From Pseudomonadota bacterium (GTDB taxonomy: Bacteria > Pseudomonadota > Gammaproteobacteria > Pseudomonadales > Halieaceae): a stretch of 64,000 nucleotides of DNA. Below the pieces are notes generated by a model. The model searched no databases, was not told the origin of the DNA, and saw only the letters and a program-made list of their open reading frames with translations. The DNA is taken from the NCBI GenBank assembly GCA_039190425.1, contig JBCCYE010000013.1, positions 10,533-74,532 on the forward strand, in the 5' to 3' direction. Of the stretch, positions 19,322-29,662 are shown piece by piece. The position numbers and the translations under genes are program-made. The first letter of the stretch is position 1; every line of letters begins with the position of its first letter.

Positions 19322-20488
19322 TCAGCGCGCCCCGTTATCCGCCAGAGACGAACCGGGCACACTGACCACGGCGACGCCCGGTACAACCCGGTGCACACCG
19401 TCTGCGATCACGCGCTCTTGATCTTTAAGTGTTCCGACGACATAAACGTACTCGCCGCGCACTTCAAGGACCTCTACGACCTCGCGCACGGCCACTTCGC
19501 CGCCGTCCGACGCGTGAACGCGCAGCACATTCCAGACCCCGCGCTCCCCTTCAATCAAAGCGGCCATCGGCAACCATCCGCCGACGCTGTCCACCTGTTC
19601 GGCCAACATCAGGCTGACCGGCTCACCTTCCAGCGCACCGGTCGTCTCGGGGAGCTCGAAGACTGCGGTGGCGGTTAACGTCCGGGGGTCCAGGTCTGGC
19701 CGGACCGCGCGTAGCTGTGCCTGAACCTCGCGACCTGCCAGTTCAAGCGGATAGCGCTGCCCAGGGATCAGCCGGCGAGAATCCTCGGCTGCGACCCCGA
19801 TGTGCGCCTCACGGCTGCCGCTTTCGACCAATTGCAATACCGGCGCTCCGGCGGCCACAACGGCACCTTCACTGACCCGCTTGGCGGCAATGACGCCGGC
19901 GTAGGGCGCTCGCAGTGTGGATTTATCAAGCTCGATATCGATGGATTCCAGCTCCGCATCGATGGCGCTCAACTGGGCGCCCAATGCCCGCGCCCTGAGG
20001 CGCGCCGCGTCGTAGTTCTCTTGCGACACAGCACCCGTGTCGCGCAGTGTCTGCTGCCGCTTTAACTGCAGATCGGCGAGCTCCAATTCCGCCTCCACCT
20101 GGGCCAGCCTCGCCTCGGCGACCTTACGGCTGTTCCGCAGCCGACTGGTATCCAATGTCGCCAGCACGTCTCCCGCAGCGACCCGTTTGCCCTCGGCAAC
20201 CGCGACATCCACCACCAGACCGGACAGGTCGAAACCGAGCTGGGTATTGCGCTGTGCGCGGACAATGCCCAGATAGGAGGCCTCTCGCTCGTAGCTGGGC
20301 TCCACCTGGTAGGCGGTTGTCAGCACGGGCAGCGGTTCCCGCTCGGACGTCGCGTCCGCCTGCGCCTGGCTGGCACAGAAGAGACCTCCCATGACGACTG
20401 CCAGAATCGGTGGCAGCACCAGATAGGTCCAGGGACTGGCGCCACTGGAACGGCGATCGAAAAATGCTGTATCTAACCTGTGACTCAT
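19322..20488 (-). CDS. RND efflux periplasmic adaptor (MFP)
   Basis: LGFDLSG, EG..V..GDVLA.LD, LRAPYAG; start at 20488 has a GAGG RBS. Confidence 0.88.
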   Translation of the reverse strand: MSHRLDTAFFDRRSSGASPWTYLVLPPILAVVMGGLFCASQAQADATSEREPLPVLTTAYQVEPSYEREASYLGIVRAQRNTQLGFDLSGLVVDVAVAEGKRVAAGDVLATLDTSRLRNSRKVAEARLAQVEAELELADLQLKRQQTLRDTGAVSQENYDAARLRARALGAQLSAIDAELESIDIELDKSTLRAPYAGVIAAKRVSEGAVVAAGAPVLQLVESGSREAHIGVAAEDSRRLIPGQRYPLELAGREVQAQLRAVRPDLDPRTLTATAVFELPETTGALEGEPVSLMLAEQVDSVGGWLPMAALIEGERGVWNVLRVHASDGGEVAVREVVEVLEVRGEYVYVVGTLKDQERVIADGVHRVVPGVAVVSVPGSSLADNGAR

Positions 20489-20501
20489 GACCCCAACCTC
20501 G

Positions 20502-20550
20502 ATGTAAGACGTCATAACATCATATGTTAATTGCTCTTACATAAACGTCA
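20502..20550 (-). promoter_or_regulatory. RND operon promoter with double inverted operator
   Basis: Two inverted copies of ATGTAAGA-N5-TAACAT (20502-20520, 20524-20542) next to a minus-strand TTGACG. Confidence 0.65.
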
Positions 20551-20679
20551 AGGCCTTACCGCGGTTTTTTTTAACCAGAAGCGTCAAAAATGGCCACATT
20601 AAGAAGAGCGCCGACCCGACGGCCGGTATAAAGGGTTACGCGTGTGAGCGCCGCGCGGATTGGTGCGCGGTAAAACTGC

Positions 20680-21327
20680 CTACTCGGTCAACAGTCCGTC
20701 CAGTTCGGCAATAGCCTCGGTGACGTCTGGCGAGACCAGAATGCCGTGCATACCCAAGGCGCGAGCCGCTTCCACATTGGCGGCAAAATCATCGAGAAAA
20801 ACGCACGCCCCAGGCTGCGGATGACCCAGTTCTGCCAGTGCGAGCTGGAAAATACGCGGATCCGGTTTGCGCACGCCCACCGAACTGGAATCGATGACGA
20901 ACTCAAACAATTCTTCCACCGGTATGAGGCTGCGCCAGCCGTCCCCGAATTCAGCGACGTTGTTGGTTATGATGCCGGTGCGATACCCCGCCTGGCGCAG
21001 GCCACGCACCCGATCAACCAGGGGTTGTCGAGCCTCTGTTCCAGGATCTCCCGCCATCCTGCCGAACAGCGTGTAGATATCCACCTCAAGATCCCTTCGC
21101 GCACCCGCTTCGAGAATATGATCGCGGGCCTGCTCCAGGCTGATCTCGCCGCGTTCAAGCTGGTGCCAGGTATGCTCACTGTCCTGTTCATAGGAACCGA
21201 ACACCACCGCGGCGACGTCAGCCGGTTCGGCACCAATCTCTTTAGCGTAATCGGCAACGACATGAAACGGTGAGTCGGTGAACACTCCGCCAAAATCGAA
21301 CAACAGAGCCTTTATCTGTCCCGCCAT
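20680..21327 (-). CDS. HAD-superfamily phosphatase (sEH N-terminal/YihX-like)
   Basis: FDFGGV, ITNN, RKPDP, FLDD motifs. Confidence 0.88.
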   Translation of the reverse strand: MAGQIKALLFDFGGVFTDSPFHVVADYAKEIGAEPADVAAVVFGSYEQDSEHTWHQLERGEISLEQARDHILEAGARRDLEVDIYTLFGRMAGDPGTEARQPLVDRVRGLRQAGYRTGIITNNVAEFGDGWRSLIPVEELFEFVIDSSSVGVRKPDPRIFQLALAELGHPQPGACVFLDDFAANVEAARALGMHGILVSPDVTEAIAELDGLLTE

Positions 21328-21449
21328 AGTTACCGTTCTCCGTATACCCTGATTCGCATGGCAGCAGCTGGCCAATAACGGCTGCCATGACTCGCGCGCT
21401 CAGTCGATCCCAGTCAGGCTGGGGCGTCGAGCAACTCATGCGCGCTACT

Positions 21450-23102
21450 TTATATCGAACAGGTGATTTCGCCCAGCCGTTGGGTCAGCTTCTGATTCTC
21501 CGAGTAGTCGATCGGAACGACAATCAAACTCGGACCCCGATGTGCCTCCGCTGCATGTATCACCGACAGCAGAGCGCTACTGTCATCCGTATGCTGATAA
21601 TGCCAGCCGAAGGCATCCGCCAGCTTGCTCCAATCCGGATTGCTAAACGACAAATCAGTGTGGTGACCGAAGTGTGTCATCTGCTTCCAGGCGATCAACC
21701 CGTAGGCGTGATCCTCCCAAACCATCATGGTTATGTCACTGTTCAAACGCCGGGCGGTTTCCATCTCCTGCACGTTCATCAGAAAGCCGGCGTCACCGCA
21801 AATACCCAGGATCTTGCGCTGCGGATCCACCAGAGCGGCGGCTATAGCACCTGGGAGCGCGAAGCCCATGGAACAAAACCCGTTGGGAATAAGACACCCG
21901 TTAGGCGTCTCACAGTGGTAGTGCCGTGCAATCCACATCTTGTGCGCACCAACGTCGGACAGCAGCAGGCCATCTTCGGCGTATACTTGCTGAACATCGT
22001 GCAGCACTTTCTGCGGCTTGATTAACCCAACCGTTGTGTCGTCATTCCATACATTGAGCTCCGACGCCATGTCTTCTCGCGTACGGGCTTGCTGCTGCGT
22101 GTCGTATTCGGGCGTCGGCTGCTGCTTAAAATGATCCACCAGTGCTCGCAGACTGTCTGCCACGTCTCCGACCAGTTCGATCATCGGATGAAAGTGCCGG
22201 TCTATCTCGGCCGGGATAAAATCAATATGGATGATTTGCTTGTCGCCCTGGGGATTCCAGAGGTTCGGATGATACTCCACCATGTCGAAACCGATAGCGA
22301 TCACCAGGTCTGACGCGTCGATAGCACAGGTTCCAATATCCTTGGAGCCCAATCCGATGGTGTACAAGCAGTGGGGCGATTGTGGCGACACCGCGCCTTT
22401 TCCCATAAAAGTGTTCAAAACGCCGATACCCGTCATGTCCACCAGCTCGCGTAGAGTGCCGGACGCGCGTTTACGCACGCAGCCGTTGCCGGCAATGATC
22501 ACCGGGCGTTTGGCCGCGCGAATGCAGTCGGCGGCAGCTTCAATCATAGCTCGATTGGCACTGGGGCGACGAAAGCGTACCGGTTCGATGGGCGTTGCCT
22601 CGGTCGGTCGTTCGGCAATGTCTTCCGGCAGTTCAATCAACACCGCCCCGGGTTTTTCGCTACGCGCAACTCGCACGGCTTTGCGAACAATTTCCGGGAT
22701 ATTATCCGCGTGCAGGATGGTTTCGGCCCACTTCGTCACCGGTTCAAACATCTTCACCACGTCCATGATCTGGTGGGATTCCTTATGCAGCCGCTGAGTA
22801 CTGCCCTGACCGGTCAGGACCAACATCGGTGCCCGATCCATATTCGCATCTGCCACTCCGGTGATAAGGTTAGTTGCTCCGGGGCCAAGCGTTCCAAGAC
22901 AGGCAGCCGGAGAGCCGGTCAATCGCCCGTAGATCTCAGCCATAAACGCAGCGCCCTGTTCGTGCCGTGTCAATACAAAAGTAATAGACCGGGAGTCTTC
23001 AAGGCTGATCATAAAGTCTGCGTTTTCTTCGCCGGGGACACCGAAAATGTATTCCACGCCCTCTTGCTCTAGGCATTTCACCATCAAATCAGAAGCTTTC
23101 AT
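21450..23102 (-). CDS. ThDP-dependent enzyme, acetolactate synthase-like / 2-oxoglutarate decarboxylase-like
   Basis: IFGVPGEEN, RHEQGAAFMA, GPGATN, GDAGFLMN; no small subunit adjacent. Confidence 0.85.
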   Translation of the reverse strand: MKASDLMVKCLEQEGVEYIFGVPGEENADFMISLEDSRSITFVLTRHEQGAAFMAEIYGRLTGSPAACLGTLGPGATNLITGVADANMDRAPMLVLTGQGSTQRLHKESHQIMDVVKMFEPVTKWAETILHADNIPEIVRKAVRVARSEKPGAVLIELPEDIAERPTEATPIEPVRFRRPSANRAMIEAAADCIRAAKRPVIIAGNGCVRKRASGTLRELVDMTGIGVLNTFMGKGAVSPQSPHCLYTIGLGSKDIGTCAIDASDLVIAIGFDMVEYHPNLWNPQGDKQIIHIDFIPAEIDRHFHPMIELVGDVADSLRALVDHFKQQPTPEYDTQQQARTREDMASELNVWNDDTTVGLIKPQKVLHDVQQVYAEDGLLLSDVGAHKMWIARHYHCETPNGCLIPNGFCSMGFALPGAIAAALVDPQRKILGICGDAGFLMNVQEMETARRLNSDITMMVWEDHAYGLIAWKQMTHFGHHTDLSFSNPDWSKLADAFGWHYQHTDDSSALLSVIHAAEAHRGPSLIVVPIDYSENQKLTQRLGEITCSI

Positions 23103-23126
23103 CAAGGACCCTCTCATCAGTGCTAC

Positions 23127-24521
23127 CTATTGATGCTTGAGCACCAGCATCTTTTCGTACTGCAAATCTTCGATCGTGTACGGGATACCACCCACTCCCA
23201 GCCCTGACGCATTGAGACCGGCAAAGGGCATGACATCATCTCGAAAAGCCGTGTGATCATTGACCATCACCGCGGAGGCATCAAAGGCATCGTAAGCGGC
23301 GTACATGGTATCGATGTCGGAGGTGTAAACCGCCGCCTGAAAAGCGTTGGGGTATAGGTTAGATCTTGCCAAGGCATCTTCCAGTGTCGAGTACGGATAC
23401 AGGCAAACAACCGGCCCAAAAATCTCTTGCGTCGACACGCGCGACTGCGCCGGTGGATCGAGCAGTAACGTCGGCGAGTAGAAATTTCCCTGCTGCGGCT
23501 CACCACCAGTGGCGACCTCCGCGCCCGCTTCGATCGCCTCGCGCACCCACTCTCCGACCCGATCCACCTCGCCCGGGCGTATCAGCGGCCCGACTTCGGT
23601 GGCCTCGTCGCTGGCATCTCCAACCCGCAGGGCGGCGACGGCCGGTGCCAACCCATCCTGCAAGTCCCGATACACACCCCGTGCCACGTACACTCTCTGG
23701 GTCGACACGCAGACTTGCCCTGCATGGTAGTAGCCGCCTTTGGCAAGAGAGGACACAACCGCGGCCAGATCAGCCGACTCGGTGACGATGGCGGGGGCAA
23801 CACCGCCGTGCTCCAGAGCGCAGCGAACGCCTGGCTGCAGCTGCGCGCGCAGCATCCAACCGACGCGCGCCGAGCCAATGAAACTAAAAAACGCAATATC
23901 CTTACTGCGCACCATCTCACTGGCAATGTCCAGGTTCCCGGTCACCACACAGCTGATGTAATCCTCGGGCGCGCCGGCCTTATGCAGTGCCTGCACCAAC
24001 TTCAGACAGGACAGCGGTGTATCCGCTGCCGGTTTGACGACGCAAGGACAGCCCGCCGCAAAAGCGGGCACCACTTGATGAACGATGAGATTAAGCGGAT
24101 GGTTGAAGGCACTGAAGGCCAGCACCACACCGCGCGGGTAGCGCTGCGTGAAGGCCAGGCGCCCCGCCGACGAGGCCTGGTGTCCGAGCGGAATCACATT
24201 GCCACGGTGTTCACCCACGGTCTGTATCGCCATGCGCACGCCGGCAATAGCACGATGGGTTTCAACGATCGCGTCCACCAGCGGCTTGCCGCCTTCCCGG
24301 GCTATGGTCAGCGCCAAATCATCGAAGTCACGCTCCAGCAGCAAAGCCAGCTGCTCAAGAATTTCGATGCGCCGGTGCAAGGGCAGCCAGGATTTCCGGT
24401 CCAGGTAGCGTCGTCGCGCAGTTGCCAGTTTATCCCGGGCACTCTGCTGACTGTCCGCCGACAGCTCTTCGAGAGGTTCACCAGTAGACGGATTTACAAC
24501 AACCAGCGTCGGCTCGCTCAT
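23127..24521 (-). CDS. Aldehyde dehydrogenase
   Basis: FNHPLN, KPA, FIGS, LEHGG, GQVCVS, EIFGP. Confidence 0.9.
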   Translation of the reverse strand: MSEPTLVVVNPSTGEPLEELSADSQQSARDKLATARRRYLDRKSWLPLHRRIEILEQLALLLERDFDDLALTIAREGGKPLVDAIVETHRAIAGVRMAIQTVGEHRGNVIPLGHQASSAGRLAFTQRYPRGVVLAFSAFNHPLNLIVHQVVPAFAAGCPCVVKPAADTPLSCLKLVQALHKAGAPEDYISCVVTGNLDIASEMVRSKDIAFFSFIGSARVGWMLRAQLQPGVRCALEHGGVAPAIVTESADLAAVVSSLAKGGYYHAGQVCVSTQRVYVARGVYRDLQDGLAPAVAALRVGDASDEATEVGPLIRPGEVDRVGEWVREAIEAGAEVATGGEPQQGNFYSPTLLLDPPAQSRVSTQEIFGPVVCLYPYSTLEDALARSNLYPNAFQAAVYTSDIDTMYAAYDAFDASAVMVNDHTAFRDDVMPFAGLNASGLGVGGIPYTIEDLQYEKMLVLKHQ

Positions 24522-24697
24522 GAGTAGTCGGCAGCTCCTGTAGCTCGGTGTCCTGTTCCAGGACAATTCAGAGGGGTGTATCTGCAGCACCACGATTTGT
24601 GTGGTTACAGACCCGCTCTTTCAGCATAGGTTCCCCTGTCCAGATTTCAAATAGGCTCGGGCTTGTGCATGCGAGAACCGCTCACTAGACTGCAACG

Positions 24698-25222
24698 ATG
24701 GGCACAGCAACGGACCAGACCAACCGATCAGATCAGTGGCATGGGCAGAGCCGAAGTAAGCTGGCAGGTTTGCTGCTGGCGGTGTTACTGTCGTGCACGG
24801 CAGGCGCGGGGGCGTACGAAATCTCAAGCTCTGCCATCGTCAATGACGATGGCAGCCTGCGTATTAAAGGGAAGACGATTCATTTGTTTGGCATCTACAT
24901 TCCACCCACCGGTCGTACCTGTGATCAACACCGACGACCCACCGTGTGCGGTTCACGCGCCCACGTCGCACTGGACTTTAAAATCGATGGTTTCGTTCGC
25001 TGCGATTTGCTGACCCGTAATGAAGATCGCAGCTACATTGGTCGGTGCCGAGTCAATGCATCACACTTCAGCGATGGTGACGACCTCAGCGCCTATCTTC
25101 TGCAGAAAGGCTGGGCGGTCGCGACGCCCGACGCGCCCATCGAGTATCAGACGCTGGAGAAAATTGCGCGCCAACGCGGTTTCGGTGTGTGGGGCATCCC
25201 CATCGACAACATCAGGAAATGA
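24698..25222 (+). CDS. Secreted thermonuclease (SNase)-like protein, catalytically degenerate
   Basis: Signal peptide; IHLFGIYIP, CG..A...L, DLSAYLLQKGWA, ARQRGFGVW pattern. Confidence 0.7.
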   Translation: MGTATDQTNRSDQWHGQSRSKLAGLLLAVLLSCTAGAGAYEISSSAIVNDDGSLRIKGKTIHLFGIYIPPTGRTCDQHRRPTVCGSRAHVALDFKIDGFVRCDLLTRNEDRSYIGRCRVNASHFSDGDDLSAYLLQKGWAVATPDAPIEYQTLEKIARQRGFGVWGIPIDNIRK

Positions 25223-25279
25223 TGTCATCGATAGCGAGCTCTGACTTTGCAAGACAGAGCCCGCACGGCAAACAGTGGC

Positions 25280-27529
25280 CTACTCCGCGGCAAAGTCGTA
25301 GGTCACCTGCACTCCCCAGATTCGAGGCTCCTGACGCGCCTGAAAAGTGAACAGGCCACCGACGATCAGCGCCGCCGTTGTTTCATCTTCATCGGTCAGG
25401 TTACGTCCGAATACCCGTAGATTCCAGTTTTCCCACTGGTAAGCCAGAGAAGCATCGAGAATTCCGTTGCCTTTTGAGAAACCCATCGGTTCGTTGAGGA
25501 AGGTCGTGTACTGATCATCCCGGTAACGATACATGAGTTGCGCCGTGGCAACGCCCGAGCCGATTGTCATATCGTAGTTGGTATGCACCGCAAAGGTGTA
25601 GTCGGGCGCACGACGCAAATCCAGATCTGAGAGATCCAACTCTTCCCCGCCCGGTTCAAGCGCCGCCTTGAAATTGTCGTACTCTGCGTCCAGCAGACCC
25701 AGATTGAATCCGACCAGCCAGCTGTCTGTAATCAGCGCACGGCTATCCAGTTCCAATCCCAGCATGGTCGCCTTGGCGGCGTTGACCGTAATCGTTTCCT
25801 GCCCCGCTGCGGAATCACTGGGTATCACCAGTTCTTCCTGCTTGTCATCGTAGATCTGATAAAACGCCGCGACATTGAACATCACTCGATTGTTCAGCCA
25901 GTTCGATTTCATGCCAAGCTCGTACATGTCAACAAACTCTGGATCGTACGTTAGCCGGGCCGTGAGTTCTGAAGCTGCACGACCGTTCAACCCACCGGAA
26001 CGAAAACCCTGCGCGTACGTGGCGTACAACATCATGTCATCATTAACGTCCCAACTCAGGCTGACCTTGGGCGTAAACTCATCCCAATCGCCTTCGCCCG
26101 GGTCACCAAAGGTGCTGAAAATCGGTACGATAAAGCCACTGCCAGCGATGTCTACGTCGTTGCTGACCTTGAACTCTTTTTCCTCTTCCGTGTAGCGACC
26201 ACCGAGGGTGAGCGTCCAATCCTCCAAAAAGAAATAGTCCACTTCAAAAAAGGCCGCCCAGGCATCGGTTTTCTGCTCCGCGTCGGCTAGCAGCGTCGTC
26301 CCGGGCGGCGCCAGATTAGGATCGAGAATGTTCGCGAGATAGAACGTCGTCTGATCCAGTTTGTATTTGGAATCCCAGTAATAACCCCCCACGGTGTATT
26401 GAATGCTGTCGCCGATGTTATCCGACAGCCGCAGTTCATGACTGGTCTGATCGTAGGTCTGAACGCGAGATGTGGAAAAGAAGTCGATACTGGTGGAGTC
26501 AAAGTCCTGATCCGTACTCTCATCAGTGTCGCGGTAACCGAACAGATAGGTCAGCTGCATCCCCTCGCTCAGCAGCCAGTTAGCCTCAACGGTGTGGGCA
26601 TCGAGCTCAAGCGACTGGGCGTTACTGAAATTTTGGTCCGTCACCAGAATACCCAACTCCGGTTCGGTATCACTGCGACCGCAGCGACCGAATCCAAAAC
26701 ACAGCAGGTCGTCCGGCTGACTGACATTGGAGGTCGCCGCCGTATCGGAGTCGTCCTCATCATGCTGGTAGGTGTACTTAAGGCTCAGCGCATCCGTCGG
26801 TTCCAACAGCAGGACGCCCACGTACGACTCGTAGTCCACCTCGGGCACATCTTCGCCCAGAAACACGTTGTCGTAGAACCCTTCCTCTTGTTGTCTGGTG
26901 GTGTAGGTGAGTTTTGTCGACAGCATGTCGAACACTTTGGGGAAATTGAAGACGCCATCGACGTCGTAGCGATCGTAATCGCCATAGGTACCACGAATCC
27001 GGGCTCCCCATTCACCGGTCGGCTGGGTTCGGGTGACGTTGATGATGCCGCCGATGGAATTGCGACCAAAAAGAGTTCCCTGTGGCCCCCGCAACACCTC
27101 GATCCGTTCCATATCGAATATCTGCAATTCCTGGCCGGTGTTGGTACCCAGGAATACACCATCGAGGACTACCCCGACCGCCGGGTCGAAGCTCTTCTCC
27201 ACATCCTGATGACTGATACCCCGAATAGAGATCGCCGTCACACCTGGACCGGCGCCAACCTTATCAATCACCAAATTGGGCGCCATGCCTTGCAAATCCC
27301 GGATATCTCTGGCGAACGAGGCCTGGATTTCAGTTTCTGTCATGGCGCTGATTGCCTGCGGTACTTCCTGCAGGCTCTCGACGCGTTTGCGAGCCGTCAC
27401 CATGACTTCTTCAAGGACAAGCGGGTCGGTCTGAGCGGGGGTTTGAGGAGCGTTCAGCACAGTGGCAAGACCAGCCGCGAGTGCTAGAGTGTGGGAGCGC
27501 CAGGCGAGCGCGTAGGTGCCTACTTCCAT
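25280..27529 (-). CDS. TonB-dependent receptor
   Basis: EEVMVTARKR TonB box, ERIEVLRGPQGTLFGRN, C-terminal RIWGVQVTYDF. Confidence 0.95.
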   Translation of the reverse strand: MEVGTYALAWRSHTLALAAGLATVLNAPQTPAQTDPLVLEEVMVTARKRVESLQEVPQAISAMTETEIQASFARDIRDLQGMAPNLVIDKVGAGPGVTAISIRGISHQDVEKSFDPAVGVVLDGVFLGTNTGQELQIFDMERIEVLRGPQGTLFGRNSIGGIINVTRTQPTGEWGARIRGTYGDYDRYDVDGVFNFPKVFDMLSTKLTYTTRQQEEGFYDNVFLGEDVPEVDYESYVGVLLLEPTDALSLKYTYQHDEDDSDTAATSNVSQPDDLLCFGFGRCGRSDTEPELGILVTDQNFSNAQSLELDAHTVEANWLLSEGMQLTYLFGYRDTDESTDQDFDSTSIDFFSTSRVQTYDQTSHELRLSDNIGDSIQYTVGGYYWDSKYKLDQTTFYLANILDPNLAPPGTTLLADAEQKTDAWAAFFEVDYFFLEDWTLTLGGRYTEEEKEFKVSNDVDIAGSGFIVPIFSTFGDPGEGDWDEFTPKVSLSWDVNDDMMLYATYAQGFRSGGLNGRAASELTARLTYDPEFVDMYELGMKSNWLNNRVMFNVAAFYQIYDDKQEELVIPSDSAAGQETITVNAAKATMLGLELDSRALITDSWLVGFNLGLLDAEYDNFKAALEPGGEELDLSDLDLRRAPDYTFAVHTNYDMTIGSGVATAQLMYRYRDDQYTTFLNEPMGFSKGNGILDASLAYQWENWNLRVFGRNLTDEDETTAALIVGGLFTFQARQEPRIWGVQVTYDFAAE

Positions 27530-27772
27530 CGTGTACCTCCTAGCCTCTGACGGTGCGGTCCGCCAGCAATATTGATTATGGTCTCGGCGCCCGAATGCCT
27601 TCGGTATCGCCGTAGGGCTAAAAATACAATCTGGACTGCTTTTTTTATTATGACACTTTGTTTGACGGAAAGCTACGGTCTGCCAACGGCCATTCGCCCC
27701 GTCATCTGCGCGAGTTGCGGCGCAGGCCGCGATCTCCTATAACACGGGTTTGCTCACTATTGAGGACCCGTC

Positions 27773-29635
27773 ATGCGGCCTTTCTTGTTTGCCACGCTGC
27801 TGGTCATTGTCGCCGGCGCCCATGCCGAGCAGGCGCCAGACAGGCAACTGCTGTGGGGCGACACTCACCTGCACACCACCTATTCCTCAGACGCCTACGC
27901 CAACAACAACCTGAGCGCCGGACCGGACGTCGCCTTTCGCTACGCGCGGGGGGAGCCGGTCGTACATCCATACCACCAGGCGAGAGTACAGATAGAGACA
28001 CCCCTGGACTTCCTGGTGATTTCTGACCACGCGGAGTTGCTGGGCCAGATTCGCAACCTGCATCGCAACGGCGTAGACACGACCGATCTGGGCTGGTGGG
28101 ACGCTCTGAAAGCGCGTCTTGCCGCCTGGTACCTGTCGCGTGAACTCGACGCCGGCCGGGGACGGGCGCTGTTCGTCGACGTACTCCCTGACCCGACAAT
28201 GTCACCGCAAGCGGATGCTGAAGCCGCGGCTCTGAACACAGGCGGTATCGACCTGCTGCCCATGCCGCAAAAGATTGAGATAGATACCTGGAAGATCATC
28301 ACCGGCACTGCAGAAGATTTTAATGAACCGGGCGAGTTCAGTGCCTTGATTGGCTGGGAATGGAGTTCGATACCGGGCGGCGCCAATCTGCACCGGGTCG
28401 TTGTCACGGACAGCGACGCCGCCACCGCGCAGCAGTACAATCCGTGGGGATTGGACGACAGCCCCTATCCAGAAGACCTATGGCACTGGCTGGAAAAAAC
28501 CGCCGCATCCACCGGTGCCAACTTCATTGCTATTCCGCACAACTCGAACATCTCCAAGGGGTACATGTTCGCCGAAACGTCTCTGCGCGGGACGGCGTTC
28601 AATGCAGACTACGTTGCGCTGCGGGCGAAGTGGGAGCCGATTGCCGAGATTACCCAGATCAAGGGCGACTCTGAGACTCATTCCCTGTTTTCGCCGGGCG
28701 ATGAGTTTGCCGACTTCGAGAACTACCCCTACTACATCCAGCGCTTCTGGACCGAGTATCGGCCACAACCGGGCGATTTTGTTCGCCCGGCTCTAAAACG
28801 CGGTCTAGAACTTGGAGAGGAACTGGGACAGAACCCCTATAAATTGGGCGTGATAGGGTCCACCGATTCCCACACCGCCATGGCATCGGCCGAAGAAAAC
28901 AACTTTCACGGCAAATTGGCGACCGATTCCATTCCAGCTAACAAAACCGTGCGTTTCAACCCCGACGGTCCCGGATCCAGCGGCTGGGCGATGTCCGCGT
29001 CGGGTCTGGCGGCGGTATGGGCGGACAGCAACACGCGCGAAGACATCGTCGCGGCGATGCGGCGACGCGAGGTCTACGCCACTACAGGGCCTCGCATCAG
29101 AGTGCAGTTTTTTGGCGGTGCACAGCTCAAAGATGCTGATCTTGAAAATACTTCGCTCAGGGCCTGGGCACTGCAGCGCGGCGTGCCGATGGGTGGCGAA
29201 CTCGAAGACCCCAACGCTCCGAGCTTTGTAGTTATGGCGGCCAAGGATCCTGTCGGCGCAAATCTGGACCGCATACAAATCGTCAAAGGCTGGCTGGCCG
29301 AGGATGGCAGCGCACGCGAACAGGTCTACAACGTCGCCTGGTCCGACGGACGCACCCTGGACAGCACCGGAAACCTGGCTGCGGTGGGCAACTCCGTCAA
29401 TCTGAAAACCGGCAAGGTCGACAATCGCATTGGCGCGCCGCAGCTTGCAGCCAGCTGGACAGACCCCGATTTTGATCCAAACAGGCCGGCCTTTTTTTAC
29501 GCTCGCGTTCTGCAGATACCAACCGCGCGACATTCGCTGCTGGACGCAATCGCTCTGGGTCTGGAACATGCCGGTGAGCAGCCGGACACCATCCAGGAGC
29601 GAGCTTATACTTCATCGATTTGGTACACACCCTGA
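27773..29635 (+). CDS. DUF3604-family exported metallohydrolase-like protein
   Basis: WGDTHLHTTYSSDA, SDHAE, NLHR, PHNSN, STDSH, QERAYTSSIWY. Confidence 0.88.
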   Translation: MRPFLFATLLVIVAGAHAEQAPDRQLLWGDTHLHTTYSSDAYANNNLSAGPDVAFRYARGEPVVHPYHQARVQIETPLDFLVISDHAELLGQIRNLHRNGVDTTDLGWWDALKARLAAWYLSRELDAGRGRALFVDVLPDPTMSPQADAEAAALNTGGIDLLPMPQKIEIDTWKIITGTAEDFNEPGEFSALIGWEWSSIPGGANLHRVVVTDSDAATAQQYNPWGLDDSPYPEDLWHWLEKTAASTGANFIAIPHNSNISKGYMFAETSLRGTAFNADYVALRAKWEPIAEITQIKGDSETHSLFSPGDEFADFENYPYYIQRFWTEYRPQPGDFVRPALKRGLELGEELGQNPYKLGVIGSTDSHTAMASAEENNFHGKLATDSIPANKTVRFNPDGPGSSGWAMSASGLAAVWADSNTREDIVAAMRRREVYATTGPRIRVQFFGGAQLKDADLENTSLRAWALQRGVPMGGELEDPNAPSFVVMAAKDPVGANLDRIQIVKGWLAEDGSAREQVYNVAWSDGRTLDSTGNLAAVGNSVNLKTGKVDNRIGAPQLAASWTDPDFDPNRPAFFYARVLQIPTARHSLLDAIALGLEHAGEQPDTIQERAYTSSIWYTP

Positions 29636-29662
29636 CACTAGGCGATCATCGCCAGAACCATT

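Noticed and set aside
26399-27487. 362-aa ORF antisense to the TonB receptor
   Set aside because: Shadow ORF typical of GC-rich codon bias; no motifs.
27530-27772. Possible riboswitch upstream of the TonB receptor
   Set aside because: No cobalamin or TPP consensus elements found on the minus strand.
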